A stretch of 64,000 nt of DNA from positions 186,001 through 250,000 of the forward strand of contig NW_026782932.1 in the NCBI RefSeq assembly GCF_031769215.1, in the 5' to 3' direction. The translations under genes and the position numbers were made by a program. The stretch's first letter is position 1, and each line of letters begins with the position of its first letter. This DNA is from Ylistrum balloti. Taxonomy: Eukaryota. Below, one piece after another: positions 25,060-39,000 of the stretch. The notes beneath the pieces are model-generated. The model was not told the origin of the DNA, did not search any database, and worked only from the letters and a program-made list of their open reading frames with translations.

Positions 25060-28000
25060 ATGATGAGTTGGATAACAAGAGTGGTGTTGACAGTTTTTCT
25101 GCTCGTGGGTAAGCTTTTAGACACATATTACACCATGTTACCATGATAATCCAGAACTTGAGTCACTAGAATCGTCAAACTTCTATATCAGTTTGGAAAT
25201 GCATTCATTGAATATTGGTTCAAAAGACAACGCAACCATCACTACAAATGGGCGAACAAGTAATAATACTGCATCCTAATACTAATTTAGAGTATTTAAT
25301 CAAAGCGTTGGATTATTATTCATTCTGCCACGTGAACAATATGTTACGATGGTAACAAATATAAATTAGTATTGAGTTTAGGACAATTTGTTATGCGCAT
25401 GTTTGTTCTATTTGTCCAATTAGCACACATGCGCAACGTTTTTAAAACTTCCCTCATCAGATGTTGATTCAAAGAAAGTATGCTTGTTCCTTTTGCTGTT
25501 TTAAACCGATCGGCATTTTCAAGTAAGGAAACACGCTGGCATTTTCTTTTTCAAATGTTTCTAAATCTTTCATTACTTAAGGTTCATGTACAAATGTGGT
25601 ACTAAGGCATGGCATCTGAACGTAACAACATGTGTGAAAGGTGTAATATTCAGAACTCAGTATCTTATTGTCTTTTAAAATGCTGTCTTGTCATTATTTG
25701 CCAGAAATTACATTTTCCCACCAACTTTCAATTATATGTTTTCATTGCATTAGCAACAAGCAAAGCACAAATACTTGGAAAAGTTTCACCATCGATTTAG
25801 GACAACCAGGTAAAAACGGTCTGTTATATTATTTAAATGTTGACTTACAAAAAGGTATCAATGTGCTTGCTCACCTACAGAACATTCTTCTCTGTCTTAT
25901 AGCTGTCTATTATAAGAATAATGGTTTAAAAGAGTTTTCCACACTTAGACATTTGATTTGAAAACAAATACAAATTAGAGCCATCTGAAACACCTTTATT
26001 TTTCTCGATTGTCTGTATTGTGTTATGATTGTCCACACGGTACACCTCGTACCTCCTGATGATATACTGGAAGATGATTGGATATTTTTATATCAGATAT
26101 CTATTTTTAGTTCACAACAAATGTTTGAATTATTTACGACCTATTATTATTATTATATGTAGTCATACATTTACCTAAAAGACGTCTCTAAGATGGTATA
26201 CTCATGTAACACATGGAGCAATTGCTTTAAACAGCTAGTTAGAGAGTGCCTTGCGATCTTTTGACTGTGTTGTACCATTTCAATCCTTCTACTCCATGCT
26301 GTCGTATATCGAAGTGGACTACCACGATAGTTGATATTGAAAGGATGTAGAAAGCATAGTTTGCAATTCCTAACACAGGCCAATAGTGATTATAAATCTT
26401 AAGTTTATCTGTAATTCTAGCTAGTAGAACGTATATTTTGTTTGCTGAGTACATGATATATGTTTAACTTATTAACTTATTTAGGAGTCATGTGCATAAT
26501 CATAATTACAGAAATGTGTTTGTTATCTGCTGCCCATTTCCTTTTGTCTTTAAAAACTCGACATTGAAATATTCTGAAATGAAACAAAAATGTGAAAATA
26601 TTAGGAATTCATGAATCACCTGAGTGTATGTTTGTTTTCAGTAACCCCGGCACCTGTTGCGCCCAGTACCACGACAGGACCGCCCATATGCAAACATTCG
26701 TTTGTTAACTTAGGAGGGTCTTGCTACAAAGGTGTTAAAGTTGCAGCAACGTGGCCAGAGGCGCTGGTATGTCATTGCAGCGCTATAGAATATTACATTG
26801 TCATTCCTTGAATATAATAAGATTTTTTATCATTTATAACTCAAAACAAAAGTTGGAAGAAGAGATTTCCATGTCACTCAATATCCAAATATGACCAAAA
26901 GAAAACAATACATGGAGATTCACGAAATTTTAGGGAGAAAAGGACAAAATGTTCCGGAAGATTAGATGCCTATTGTTTCATTGACGACACAAACCATGTA
27001 AATCTGCTAACACGTCCAGCATCATAATATATCTGGTTATTTGTATTAATCATGTAACTATGGTTGCAGGCGTACTGTGAGGTGTTTGGAGCAGAGCTAG
27101 CAATCATCACTTCCCAAGAAGAACAGACCGCTATAGAAGGATATCTCGGCTCTTTAAATGATCGTAAGCATTTAATATCTAATCGATCACTTTTGGTTTT
27201 CCTCAGTCGCCTCCAAGGTTTCAAGATCTGGGCCCTTATCAGCAATGACGAGTTATGGAAATACGGTATAGCTTTATGCTGTCTGATGTATTATTTGACT
27301 TACGTTATCTAACTCTAAAGGTTTTTTGCTATGAACTCGTGTGTCTTTCGTACAAATAACTGAATCCACTGACCGTGTCAGCCATTTCATTATATACGTG
27401 TTTGTGTAAACCTATTGTCTAAAGGTCGGTCATAAGGTATGTGCTGTACCACTTCTTTTGTTGTAAAATGAATGTGTTTGAAGAATTTATATCATGTATA
27501 GAAACCAACTCCGGATAGAACATCCTCCATAACGATTTTGGAAAATGTCAATTGATATACCAATGGCTTGAGTTTTCTGATTTTCAATGATGTAGTTTTC
27601 ATTGTAGCTGAGTATGGTAGTGACAAATACCATCAGTACTGGTTCGGAGCAAATGATATAATAACTGAGGGGGACTGGAAGTGGGCAGTTACGGCAAAGT
27701 CTCTCAACTATACCAACTGGCACAATGGTCATCCGGACAATGGCGGTGACGACAGCGACTATGACGAAGAACACTGCGCGGAAATGTCGCAGAAAAATAA
27801 CTGGCAGTGGAATGACAACGGATGTGAGGAGGAGAAGCATTTCCTTTGTGAAATGATGTGAGCAAAATAGAAAACGTAACGAAAGGGACACGATTCCCTA
27901 TGTACCTATTTGTATTTATGATTGTTTTGTTTTTTTATTAAAGGAATGAGCTATCTCGCGTACTGACCTAATGAAACTATCATTGTTGAATACCAGTTAA

Positions 28001-28209
28001 ATAAAAGATTTATGAACAAAATCAGCATTCAAACTCAGAACCGATACAACTTTGGTAAAATATTAACCCAAAACGCGAATAGGACGACTAGATGTTCCAT
28101 CATGGTCAGCTATGACTTTGTAACACGTGTTCTAATACAGAGCCGAAGAGAAAATAACATTAAAGCCACATTAACATCTGTGATACTATGTTTCAGTGAC
28201 GAAGAATAG
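25060..28209 (+). CDS. C-type lectin gene A (perlucin-like, HPD/WND). Exons 25060-25108, 26642-26766, 27070-27163, 27608-27857, 28197-28209; ~176 aa
   Basis: Signal peptide MMSWITRVVLTVFLLVG; CTLD motifs GSCY, WPEA, YC, WFGAND, EGDWKW, NW, EHC, WND, FLCE; splice phases consistent. Exon 5 (IDEE stop) is less certain; without splicing the stop is at 27859-27861. Confidence 0.88.
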
Positions 28210-31024
28210 TGAAGGGCCACAGCATTGTTACTTGTGACCTACCATTCAGGTATACAAACTTTGTACTGATCTGAATAGCACAAAAATATATACTTAACAT
28301 TTTTTAATATCTGGGGCACTTTAACGGAATTTCTCCTCTTCTCTTTGCCATGTTACCTTATGGTTCTTTGTAACCCACTGCATAATATCATATGACATAC
28401 ATGTATTAGCCATATTAGCATATGGCAAACGTTTATTTCTCACTAGATATAAATATCATATGACGCAATTGAATTATGTTCCTTTTGTTAATACTTTGCT
28501 TTATTTTACAGGACCATGCTAATCAAGATCAAAATACAATTTGCAATTCAGCATGCTACAAATTATATAGAAAATAAAATTAATCCTTCATATCTTTGTT
28601 CTTGACTTTATTATATGAAATGATTTGTTAAAAACGCTTGAGATTTTTGCATCAACGTTAAAAGCAACAATAATATAAAAGAAGTCAGTTCTGCAGTCAC
28701 CTCCTTGGTTTCAATGTTTAGGCCCGTAGCATCACTAGCGAGTCACAGAAAGACGAAGCAGCTGTTTAATTCATAGTTATGCTCTACTGTGTCTATCTCT
28801 TAATTTGTACTTAAAAGTGTTATTCACTTGTGTGTCTTGTGTTCAATCTTTGAGATCACAGGTAGTACACACAGCTAGTACAAACTTTAGTCCCTGGTAC
28901 GTTTTCAGATGTATATAAAACTTATGGAAATTTATTGAAATAACGGAAGTAGATTATCAATCATTTATTTGGTATCATAGTGAAAAAACCCAATACAACG
29001 ATACAATATTCGGTAAAATACCAAAAGCCAAACGTTTGCATTGAAGTTTGTTATCACGATGTTCTTTGTTCATCTTTAACTACCTCACTAATTTAATTAC
29101 TGGCAATATAACAGTAATCGTGCGTTTTTTACAGCCTTTTGTGGTGCAGATTCCCATTCTGATTGATATATTCATTGTTCTCGATTGAAATGTATGTCAA
29201 TGTCTATATTGACATGTCTATATTTGCATGGCTGGTGTCATTGATGCAACCCTTCCGAAACACCTGGTTTTATTCCCTCTGTATTTCATAAAGTGCTCTC
29301 GTGTAAAGTGTTATTTTGTTCAAATTTGAGTTTAACTCAGATTTTGTTGTCATATTGAATATATCTTTGTTTTCTTGTTGGTTTTGAAGAAAAAGAAAGA
29401 ATGGAAATGACTGATGTACTTGAATGCTATGTGGTGTATTGCAATCTCGGGTCACTGTACAGCACAGTCAGATACAATGTAGAAACATTTCTTGAAGTAG
29501 GTCACCGAGGAAATCTAAATGTCCTATTTCTCGGTAAGATTTAGGGAGGATATGTATAAATAGCCATAGTGTCAGGGTTGTTACTTATTGAAGACATATG
29601 CCAATCCACGTTTGTCTGTTTCATATCGTTGATATAAGGGAACTTCACGTACAAGAAACACATACACCTTTAAAAGTATAAATATATACCGCTATTCACA
29701 GTGAAATACAGTTACCTGCAATGTATTAAGATAAAACATCGTGTAGACAGAGGCAGCAACACCATTCAGTATTCAATATTCGAATCAAGTGCGGAATAAA
29801 TATATATTATTTTCGTCTTTCTCATTTTTTTTAAACAAAAAATTATCTTGAAATCTGTTTACTTTTATTTCTTTGACAGGTCTGGTTGTTTTAAGATATT
29901 CTTACAACATACTTAACACGGAAAATTAGTACAACGTAGAACTGACTTGTTCATAGAAAGAAGGACAAGAAAATGCTCAATACCACACTAATTAACAGAC
30001 ATGAGTGTATCTTGTTGGAAATGTTTTCATCATAAATCGTAATTGATAGAAAATCAAGCAAAGTTGATTGAATATTGCCATCATTTCAAATCGTTATTTT
30101 CCTGAATATATATTTCCTTACATCTATATGTACGATAAGCAAAGCGTTTCTCTTATTTAGAATTATTTCTCTGTATACACGTTTGAGCGATAAATGTACA
30201 CTTCTTGACTTTGATCACGCTAGGTCACCTTTGCTGTCCATCAAACCACGACTGACAAATACAGTTCAAGGACACAGTAGAGATAATCTCACGTTTGTTT
30301 GACTACTTAACACGTCCTTCGTATCAAAAGCAAACCCAAACCAAATCGATGATTAATCCATTTTTAAATAAACAATGACTTATGTTAATATAGCTGTCAA
30401 CATTACCGTATCAGACAGAGCCGTTAAACGAGTTAGGATTGCTTTCTTTATCATCAGAGGAAACGTTTTGTATGATAAGTTCAATCTATAATTGTATTGT
30501 TATGATCTCATGAATGTACGGTGCACACCCGGGACAAAAGTTTTATCACCTTTTCATTACAGATGATAAATATACCCATCTGCTAATACTTAAAATATAT
30601 CCGCGAAAAGGATATGTTCAAATGTCTTTTTCAATTTCAACTATATATATAAACTGCCATGTATGTAGGCGTGATTTTAAGAAACAGACCAATAGTCCAG
30701 AAATATTCTTTTGAGAGGAGGGCAGGACAGGTTATACAGTTTAAACATTAATTAAATATTAAATATATGTTAAAAAGTAACAATACAACAACGAAAATGT
30801 TTTAGTTTTTTTAATTCAGTTAAATTCAGGACAATATAGAAGGACCAATGTATTGGGTATAAATAAAATTTCTTGAAATCGGTAAAATCTAAGAATTATT
30901 TAGGAAAACCGTAAGTACACATGTAAGTATTTAAGAAAAGTTACCCTCCTTCTTCAAAAGTACCAATTGGTCAATTAAATAAGATCTTTTTACCTTCATT
31001 AATTATTTAATGACCATACAAGTA

Positions 31025-31160
31025 TGTTACTTTCCTTCCATTAACTGGCCATGAAGGTAGGTTACCTTTGCCTTTCCATAGTTAATAACTGGCCATGACG
31101 GATGGTTACATTTACCTTCCCATAGTTATTAACTGGTCGTAAAGGTAGGTTACCTTTTTT
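31025..31160. repeat. 44-bp minisatellite, ~3 degenerate units, upstream of B1
   Basis: Same unit as 43745-47113 with paralogous flanks. Confidence 0.8.
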
Positions 31161-33029
31161 CTCTCTCATATTGACTATTTGACCAGAAAAATGAGTTTCT
31201 TCCTCTCCCATAAAAGGTTAGTTACTTCTCCCCTCAAGTTGTTACTAACTAAACATTAAGGTAAGAAAAAAGTGATTTCTTCATCATCCGCCTACATCTA
31301 TTTCTCTCTTCTTACAATGGAGATCAACCAGGAAAACTTTCCACCAAAAAAGATTACCACATCACTAGGCATATAAAAATGTTCTGTGTATTTTTGACAT
31401 CGGCTATTTTTATGTCAACAGATATACCAGGTTGTAAATTCTTTTTGTTCTTCACGTTTTTTATTTCTTTATCAGGCAGCAGTACACAGTTTCTCGGTGT
31501 GGCCATGGGTGATTTTTTGTTCATTAGATTACCCCATTATAAAGGTTTTAATTAAAAATGAAAAAAAAATCCTTGCTAAAATTGGTCCTGTCATGTTAAA
31601 GTGGACAATGTGGAATTTCATTTTTTTCAGGATAATATTTTAGCTTTGTGTGGGAGATTACTATTTGGGCAGTCTTGAATCTGTGTCTACGCACCAAAAC
31701 TAGCTTAACAGGAAGAGAAATTTTCATAGTGTGTACATGTGGTCATGTTATGAAGAATTTCCGAGTTGGAATTTGCTGAAATGTAAGTACTTTGTTACCA
31801 TGACAGTGTTGTTGATTGTAAGATAGGTGTTTAGAAGTAAATTTCTTCTAGAAAGTTATAGTGTTAGGTTGGAATTAGCAGTATTTTTGCATTTTTAGCA
31901 TTTTTTCAGTAGGTAACCATGACAATCAAATGTCAGAAAACAGAGGAAATTTTTTTTACACAAATTTCATCCCTCTAATGTTAATGTAATTGTTATGTAG
32001 TTTATAACTATATATACATGTAATGATGTATTTTTCATAACCCATCTGCTATACCTGTATATCTCAAGCATGACAAATAACTTCAGGTAAAATGCAAATT
32101 AACTGTTTACTTCTACCTCAATGAGTCGACATTTATTAATTACATCACTACCTAGATTACGTTGAGACTACCTGAAGATAACATCAGTAAGACAACGATC
32201 AGTTCTGGACAACCATGGAGTAAAGGTTAATAAAGACATTAGGGACATTTAATGCCATACAGCATCCATCATTATCTTTTACTTTGGCAAATAAAGAAAA
32301 GTATTTGGAGAAAACAAACACAATAAATTGATATTTTAAATGAAAACATTAGTCAAAACATTCACGATTTTCTTGTAGTATTGTTTGATATACACAACAA
32401 TATCTATTCAACCCGCTTTGAAATTGTTGTCTATAATATGATATCCAGTTTGAACCAACACGACATGGATGCTCGCGACAGGAGCTGTCAGTTCAGCGGG
32501 AACATCTGTTTATCATGGTCTAGTGAAACTAGTGACTAAAAAGTGTTTTGACGTTTTCCGAAATCGATTAATGGTTGATATCATTCCTAACTTAATTTTA
32601 AATATCAAATTTGATTAACCCTTAAAACATTATTTTTTATTATGGACAGATTGGTGTTGATGAAAAAGTCAAGTTACGTGTACATTTTGTAAATGAAATC
32701 GTTCCAGTCATCAAAAACGAGACAGAGAAATGGACACTAAGCAGAATCGAAGTAGGTTTTCTAATGTATCACGTGATAACGCCTATGTAATACTAGTATT
32801 AAAGAATAAAAAAATTTCTTTATAAGATATGGTCTTATTTACTGTGCACATATTATAACAAATGATTTTTAGCATTTGGTTGGAGTTTCTTCGTTAATGA
32901 GTTAAAACCCTTGATAAGCTTCGGAATTCGTGCCAAGTTGATTGGTTATAGACAGTAAGATTAAATGTTTATGCAACAATGTAGAAATATGTCGGTTTCC
33001 AACCTTCAGAAACAAGATAAGATGTAAAC

Positions 33030-36000
33030 ATGGTGCCGACAACACGTTGTGGTTTTCTCATCCTGATTGTAGCACTAGTTGAAGGTAATTTACCATTTCA
33101 TCGTTTAAATTTAGAAAACAACTTGGCACCAATATCACCAAATAACAATCCATTGTCGTAATTGGAAAAAAATGTGTTTGATTTGATTTTACATGGCTTG
33201 AGAGACGGGGATGACTAGGGTTGTTAAAATGACGTTGTACATCCAATTTTGCGATTTCAAAACGCAAACTCTACGCGGTGATATTTTTTCGATCAATACA
33301 CTTTCTTATACTTTATGTATATTGTATGTAAAATGTCATGATATTCTAGCGCGCGTGTGAAATTTATGTGACCGTATTTCCACGTTAACAGTATATATAG
33401 ATATATAATGAAAGTTGTCTGTTCAGAAGGTTCTACATTAAATATCAGTAGACCACACTATAACAAGGATTATGAAGTCTTCCAAATGGGGTCTTCTTCT
33501 TCTTATTATTATTATAATCATTATTCCCGCGACACTAGTTTCAGAAATCGTCCGTTCGATTGAAACGACACTTTGCACGAGCATAGATGGTAGTGCAGAG
33601 TTGTTCATTCTGCGATTCTTTTTTCCGACATCAAACATGGCGGCCAAAGCCTGTGATTGGTTAAAGCGTAATAGTCTATAACTAAAACACTGTTTGTCAG
33701 ATTTAAATGAAACTTGATGTGAATATTGATGACCTTGTCAATTGTTTTAAAAATCCAAGATGGCCACCACAGAAAGTAAACTTTAAATGTTTTCCAGTTT
33801 GGATGAAAATTTAACAGGTGTGGTCTTATACAAGGAACACAACGACGCAATCAGTTTTAATAACAAAAATGTTTGTTCAACTTTGAAACTGTGATGATGT
33901 TAATGGTGTGTGTCTAGGGTCTTGCCTGCGTTGATAATCAATTGATGCTATCTATTGTCAGGGTCGTCTGCAGAAGTCTGCTGACTAGCCACTGGTTTAC
34001 ATCAGTCATGCATGACTGACTCTCTAGTTTAAAGTATGTACATCATGCCGTGTATTAACAAAATATTGTAAGAAAGATAATGTTTTCATCATAGAAGTGA
34101 TTTTATGAAACCCAAGTATATCAGCTTTATAAAAACAATTACCAGAAGCTATGCATTTACTTTAAAGCAATCTTAATCAAATATTGTGAAGAAACACTAC
34201 GTTATCATTATATAATATCAAAGGGTATTTAGATGTACTAATTGATATCAGTCTTTTACATATACGCCTGATGCCCTCTGTTTATTTTAAACAGCGTGGT
34301 GTTATAATAGCAAAGTGTATATAATGTGCAAATTGCTATCAATTTGATATAAATACTTAATACCCCATTTTATTTCAAAGTCTAAATAAAATACTATGTT
34401 ATCCTTAAATAATGTGGTTTAATGAAACCAATTTGATATACAAAAGTACATAATGCCCTTTGGTTATCTTGAACAGCTGTAACAAAATATTGTGAAGCAA
34501 TACTGTGTTATCATTATTCAATGTGGTGTTATATTAAAGTGTATTTGAATGTACTAATTGCAATCAATATGAAAATTGAAAGTACTAAATGCATCCTGTT
34601 TATTTTAAAGTCTTAACAAAATATTTTGAAGTAACACTATGGTATCCTTATATAGCGTGATGTTATTCTACCATTTTTTATTTATATAAGTAAATCGTAT
34701 TGTTCTAGTTGTTATCAGTCTGATCTATGAAAGTACTGTGTACTTTGAATAGTCCTAACAAAATACAGTGAAGCGTTACGACTTTTAGTTACCATCCATT
34801 TTGTCACGTATCTATTGATATAGTATTGTTTTACCTCATGTTATACATTTTCATGTATCTGAGGATCCAATAAACTTGAAACTTGAAACTTATTTTGCTC
34901 TAGTGTAGAAAGGCTCTGCGAAAGCGGGTGTAGTTTTGGGACTTGTGTAACGGTTTCCGTTACAGTTAGATATTGTTACGATTGACATGGTGTTGTCTAT
35001 CTAGATTGGTTTTAATTTAAATTGTTCTGCTAATATTACTTCTCGATCGGTTGTTTCAGTTAATGGCGAATGTCCAGATGGTTTCATCAAACATAACACG
35101 TCTTGCTACGACATTCCTCACGTGAAAGCAGACTGGTCTCAGGCAACGGTAATCACTTATCATAGATGCTATAGGACTTTAAATTCACAATGAAACGTGA
35201 AAGTGTATGGAGTTGGATATGGCGTAGAGAGTTGGAGTATGGTGTAGATTACAAAACGTCTGACATGGAGAGTTGGAGTATGTTGTAGATAACAAAACGT
35301 CTGACATGGAGAGTTGAAGTATGTTGTAGATAACAAAACGTCAGACATGGAGAGTTGGAGTATGGTGTAGATAACAAAACGTCTGACATGGAGAGTTGAA
35401 GTATGTTGTAGATAACAAAACGTCTGACATTGAGAGTTGGAGTGTGGTATAGATAACAAAACGTCTGACAATAGAAGCAACCTTGTACTAAAACTGACCA
35501 CCATTGTATCGGTGCATACGATCACATTTTTTATATTCAGAGAAAATCCAATCAAATTTTCAGTGGAGCATTTTCCTGTATCAATATTCAGGTTATGATT
35601 CATCACAGGACTCTAACGTATCTAATTTTACGTTTTGTAAAGTGCTATTGACTGTCTTTAGGACTCTCTTGTTTATACGGGTTAACTTATATGTTGTCCT
35701 TATTTAATCACCAGGTAGTTTGTAATGAACTCAATGGTCACCTACTGGAGCTCGATGACGCGGCAGAAGAAAGCTTCGTACATGGTTTCCTTTCTTTGCA
35801 CTGGAGTGAGTAGAACATGTTAACATTTTCTATCATAAAACAATTAAGTTTATTAAAGACAAACAATAAAACAAGGAAAAATAATCATCAAAAGAAATTT
35901 GAAAAAAAGAGAAATGGGAAGAACGGACCAAAAGGGACATCTACTCCACCTACTGAACCAGTACGAGCGATTACTTCCCAATATCAGTAACCCTTGGTCA

Positions 36001-39000
36001 AGTATTGATAGCTACCTGGGATTATCCATTATCTCGGATACCAGAATTGTTTTCCTATGAAGATAATTTGTGAATTTTTGGCTCAATATCAGCCAAATGT
36101 AATGTGAAAAGAAATGGGAACATGCTTTATATAAAAAAAATTCGTAATTAAGTAGGGAGTGAATTTCATCTAAGAGATTATATAATGATAGTATGTATGT
36201 TTCAACATAACATAGCAGGATCAGAGAAAGTAGAAACCCTGAAACCTTGGTAAGTCATGCATCAGTTTCAGGGAGGGAACGAAATAGTGGCGCAGTGGTA
36301 ACGCACTCGCCATTCACCTAGCCGTCCGGGAACGGACGTGAAAAGGTTAGGGATCACCTGCAATTGCGAAACAAGTTATTTCAACTTATACTAATCACTC
36401 TTGTATGCCCCGATGTAAAGATATGATATTGAAATAAGAGACATGTGTTGAATAATCTAATACCGACTAAAACATTTTGATACAAGAGACGTTTCCAATC
36501 TCTAAGTAATCTACATATGTGTTTCCTGTGTGTATCTTTTCAAGGAATGGTATGTTTAAACGTGTCATTTGGTGAACGAGGAAAAATCTCCTGGAGGGGA
36601 CATACATTTTTTACGTAAAAGAGGAGAAATTGTGTGGCATGGATTTTTTTCTAAATACAATGACAACTGAAATCACAAGTTCTTTATGAATGCACATGTA
36701 CAAATAGAAAAAGCAAAACAGGACAATAATAGTGTGTATTGAATCATGTAAGTAGTAGCACACTTTCTATTGGAGCTTATTTCACACCTTTGGAAGTGAC
36801 TGTTTAGGTCAAACTTTGGGAAGTATACGAATGGAAAAGGACAAAGAATAATACACAAATCATATCTGTTATTTAGATAACATTAAAGTAAATATCATTC
36901 AATTACCGACGAAGTTTATTTTTTGAGTGAAACTATTTGTATAAAACTGACATTGGAACTATGATTTTCAATTTGACTCGGAACACATTTTATATCGCTT
37001 TACTGGAAATATTTCAATGTCAATCATTTTGAACGAAAGTCAGCATCAAATATATTTATTTTTCATTGATAGAAGAGGCAGAAAGCCTAATTACATATGA
37101 TTAAAGGAGTGAGCCTTAGTTCATCGTTTCTAAAATCCATCGTGAATAGATAACAAACTTTTGTGCTTGTTTAAACAATTACAAATCTTTTTTTTATTCA
37201 TCAGATACAGATACTCAATAATTGATGTGACATATCAATGTATGTCTGTTGTATCATACATTAAAGAATATCCTTGAAAACAATCCTGTTATATTGTTAA
37301 ATGATAGTGTCCATATTCTGTTAGAATTATATTTCATTGAGTTCTCTTTAAACTCAACAAAGCTTATCATTCATGTCAATTGATGTACCTTTTTCTCCAT
37401 ATTCGTTTTCTTGATTTTCAAATCATTATATTTTGTAGGACCTTCAACTTTGGTATTAAACTTCAGCGAATTACTACGATGGCTTTGTATGGTCAATGAT
37501 AGCTAACTTTTTCATAGTATCACATTCCCTGTAACTGTCATTTGCTTCAGAAGCCTACAACCCGCCCGAATTCTGGATCGCCGGAAATGACATTTTAGTT
37601 GAAGGTACCTGGGAGTGGGCATCGGGGAAACCAGTAACCTATTCGAATTGGGATGACGGCGAGCCTAACAACGGAGGAAACGACGATAATAACGAACATT
37701 GCATGGAAATGTCACAGAGAGATCAATGGAAGTGGCACGATCAGGAATGTGAAGAAGATCGTTATTTCGTATGTGAGGTTCCGTAAGTATCTTGTAAGAA
37801 GTGGGGCATATTTCATGTAAAGGAATCCGGACTAAAAGGAGGGACATATCTTATGTAAGGTACTCCGTTAAGTATATATAGCATAAGAGATTCCGTACTA
37901 GAAGTGGAGACATATTTCATATAAGAGATTCCGTACTAGAAATCGGGACAAGATTAATATAAGAGATTCCGTACTAGGAGTGTGAACATCTTTTATATAG
38001 GAGATTCCGTACTAGGAGAGTGAACATGTTTTATATAAGAGATTCCGTACTAGAAGTGGAGACATATTTCATAGAAGAGATTCCGTACTCGAAATCGGGA
38101 CATGATTAATATAAGAGATTCTGTACTAGGAGTGGGGACATGTTTCATAAAGATATCCCTTACTAGAAGTGGAGACATATTTCTTAGAAGAGATTCCGTA
38201 CTAGAAATCGGGACATGATTGATATAAGAGATTCCGTACTAGGAGTGGGGACATGTTTCATAAAGAGATCCCGTACTAGAAGTGGAGACATATTTCATAG
38301 AAGAGATTCCGTACTAGGAGTGTGAACATGTTTCATATAAGAGATTCCGCACTAGGTGTGTGAACATGTTTTATATAAGAGATTCCGCACTAGGTGTGTG
38401 AACATGTTTTATATAAGAGATTCCGCACTAGGTGTGTGAACATGTCTTATATAGGAGATTCCGTACTAGGAATGTGAACATGTTTTATATAGGAGATTCC
38501 GTACTAGGAGTGTGAACATGTTTTATATAAGAGATTCCGTACTAGGAGTGTGAACATGTTTTATATAAGAGATTCCGTACTAAGAGTGTGAACATGTTTT
38601 ATATAGGAGATTCCGTACTAGGAATGTAAACATGTTTTATATAAGAGATTCCGTACTAGGAGTGTGAACATGTTTCATAAAGAGATCACGTACTAGAAGT
38701 GGAGACATATTTCATAGAAGAGATTCCGTACTCGAAATCGGGACATGATTAATATAAGAGATTCCGTACTAGGAGTGGGGACATGTTTCATAAAGAGATC
38801 CCGTACTAGAAGTGGAGACATATTTCATAGAAAGATTCCGTACTAGGAGTGTGAACATGTTTTATATAGGAGATTCCGTACTAGGAGTGTGAACATGTTT
38901 TATATAGGAGATTCCGTACTAGGAGTGTGAACATGTTTTATATAAGAGATTCCGTACTAGGAGTGTGAACATGTCTTATATAGGAGATTCCGTACTAGGA

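Noticed and set aside
28012-28209. ORF MNKISIQTQNRY (and copy at 42868-43056)
   Set aside because: Lies in intron 4 of CTL A; only the final DEE stop coincides with the proposed exon 5.
33472-33681. ORF MKSSKWGLLLLIIIIII (also 49074-49283) resembling a signal-peptide protein
   Set aside because: The hydrophobic run comes from an (ATT)n tract in an intronic interspersed repeat; no domain or splice support.
35225-35470. AGATAA (GATA site) in each 41-bp unit
   Set aside because: A 6-bp AT-rich motif is expected by chance in this composition; no independent support.
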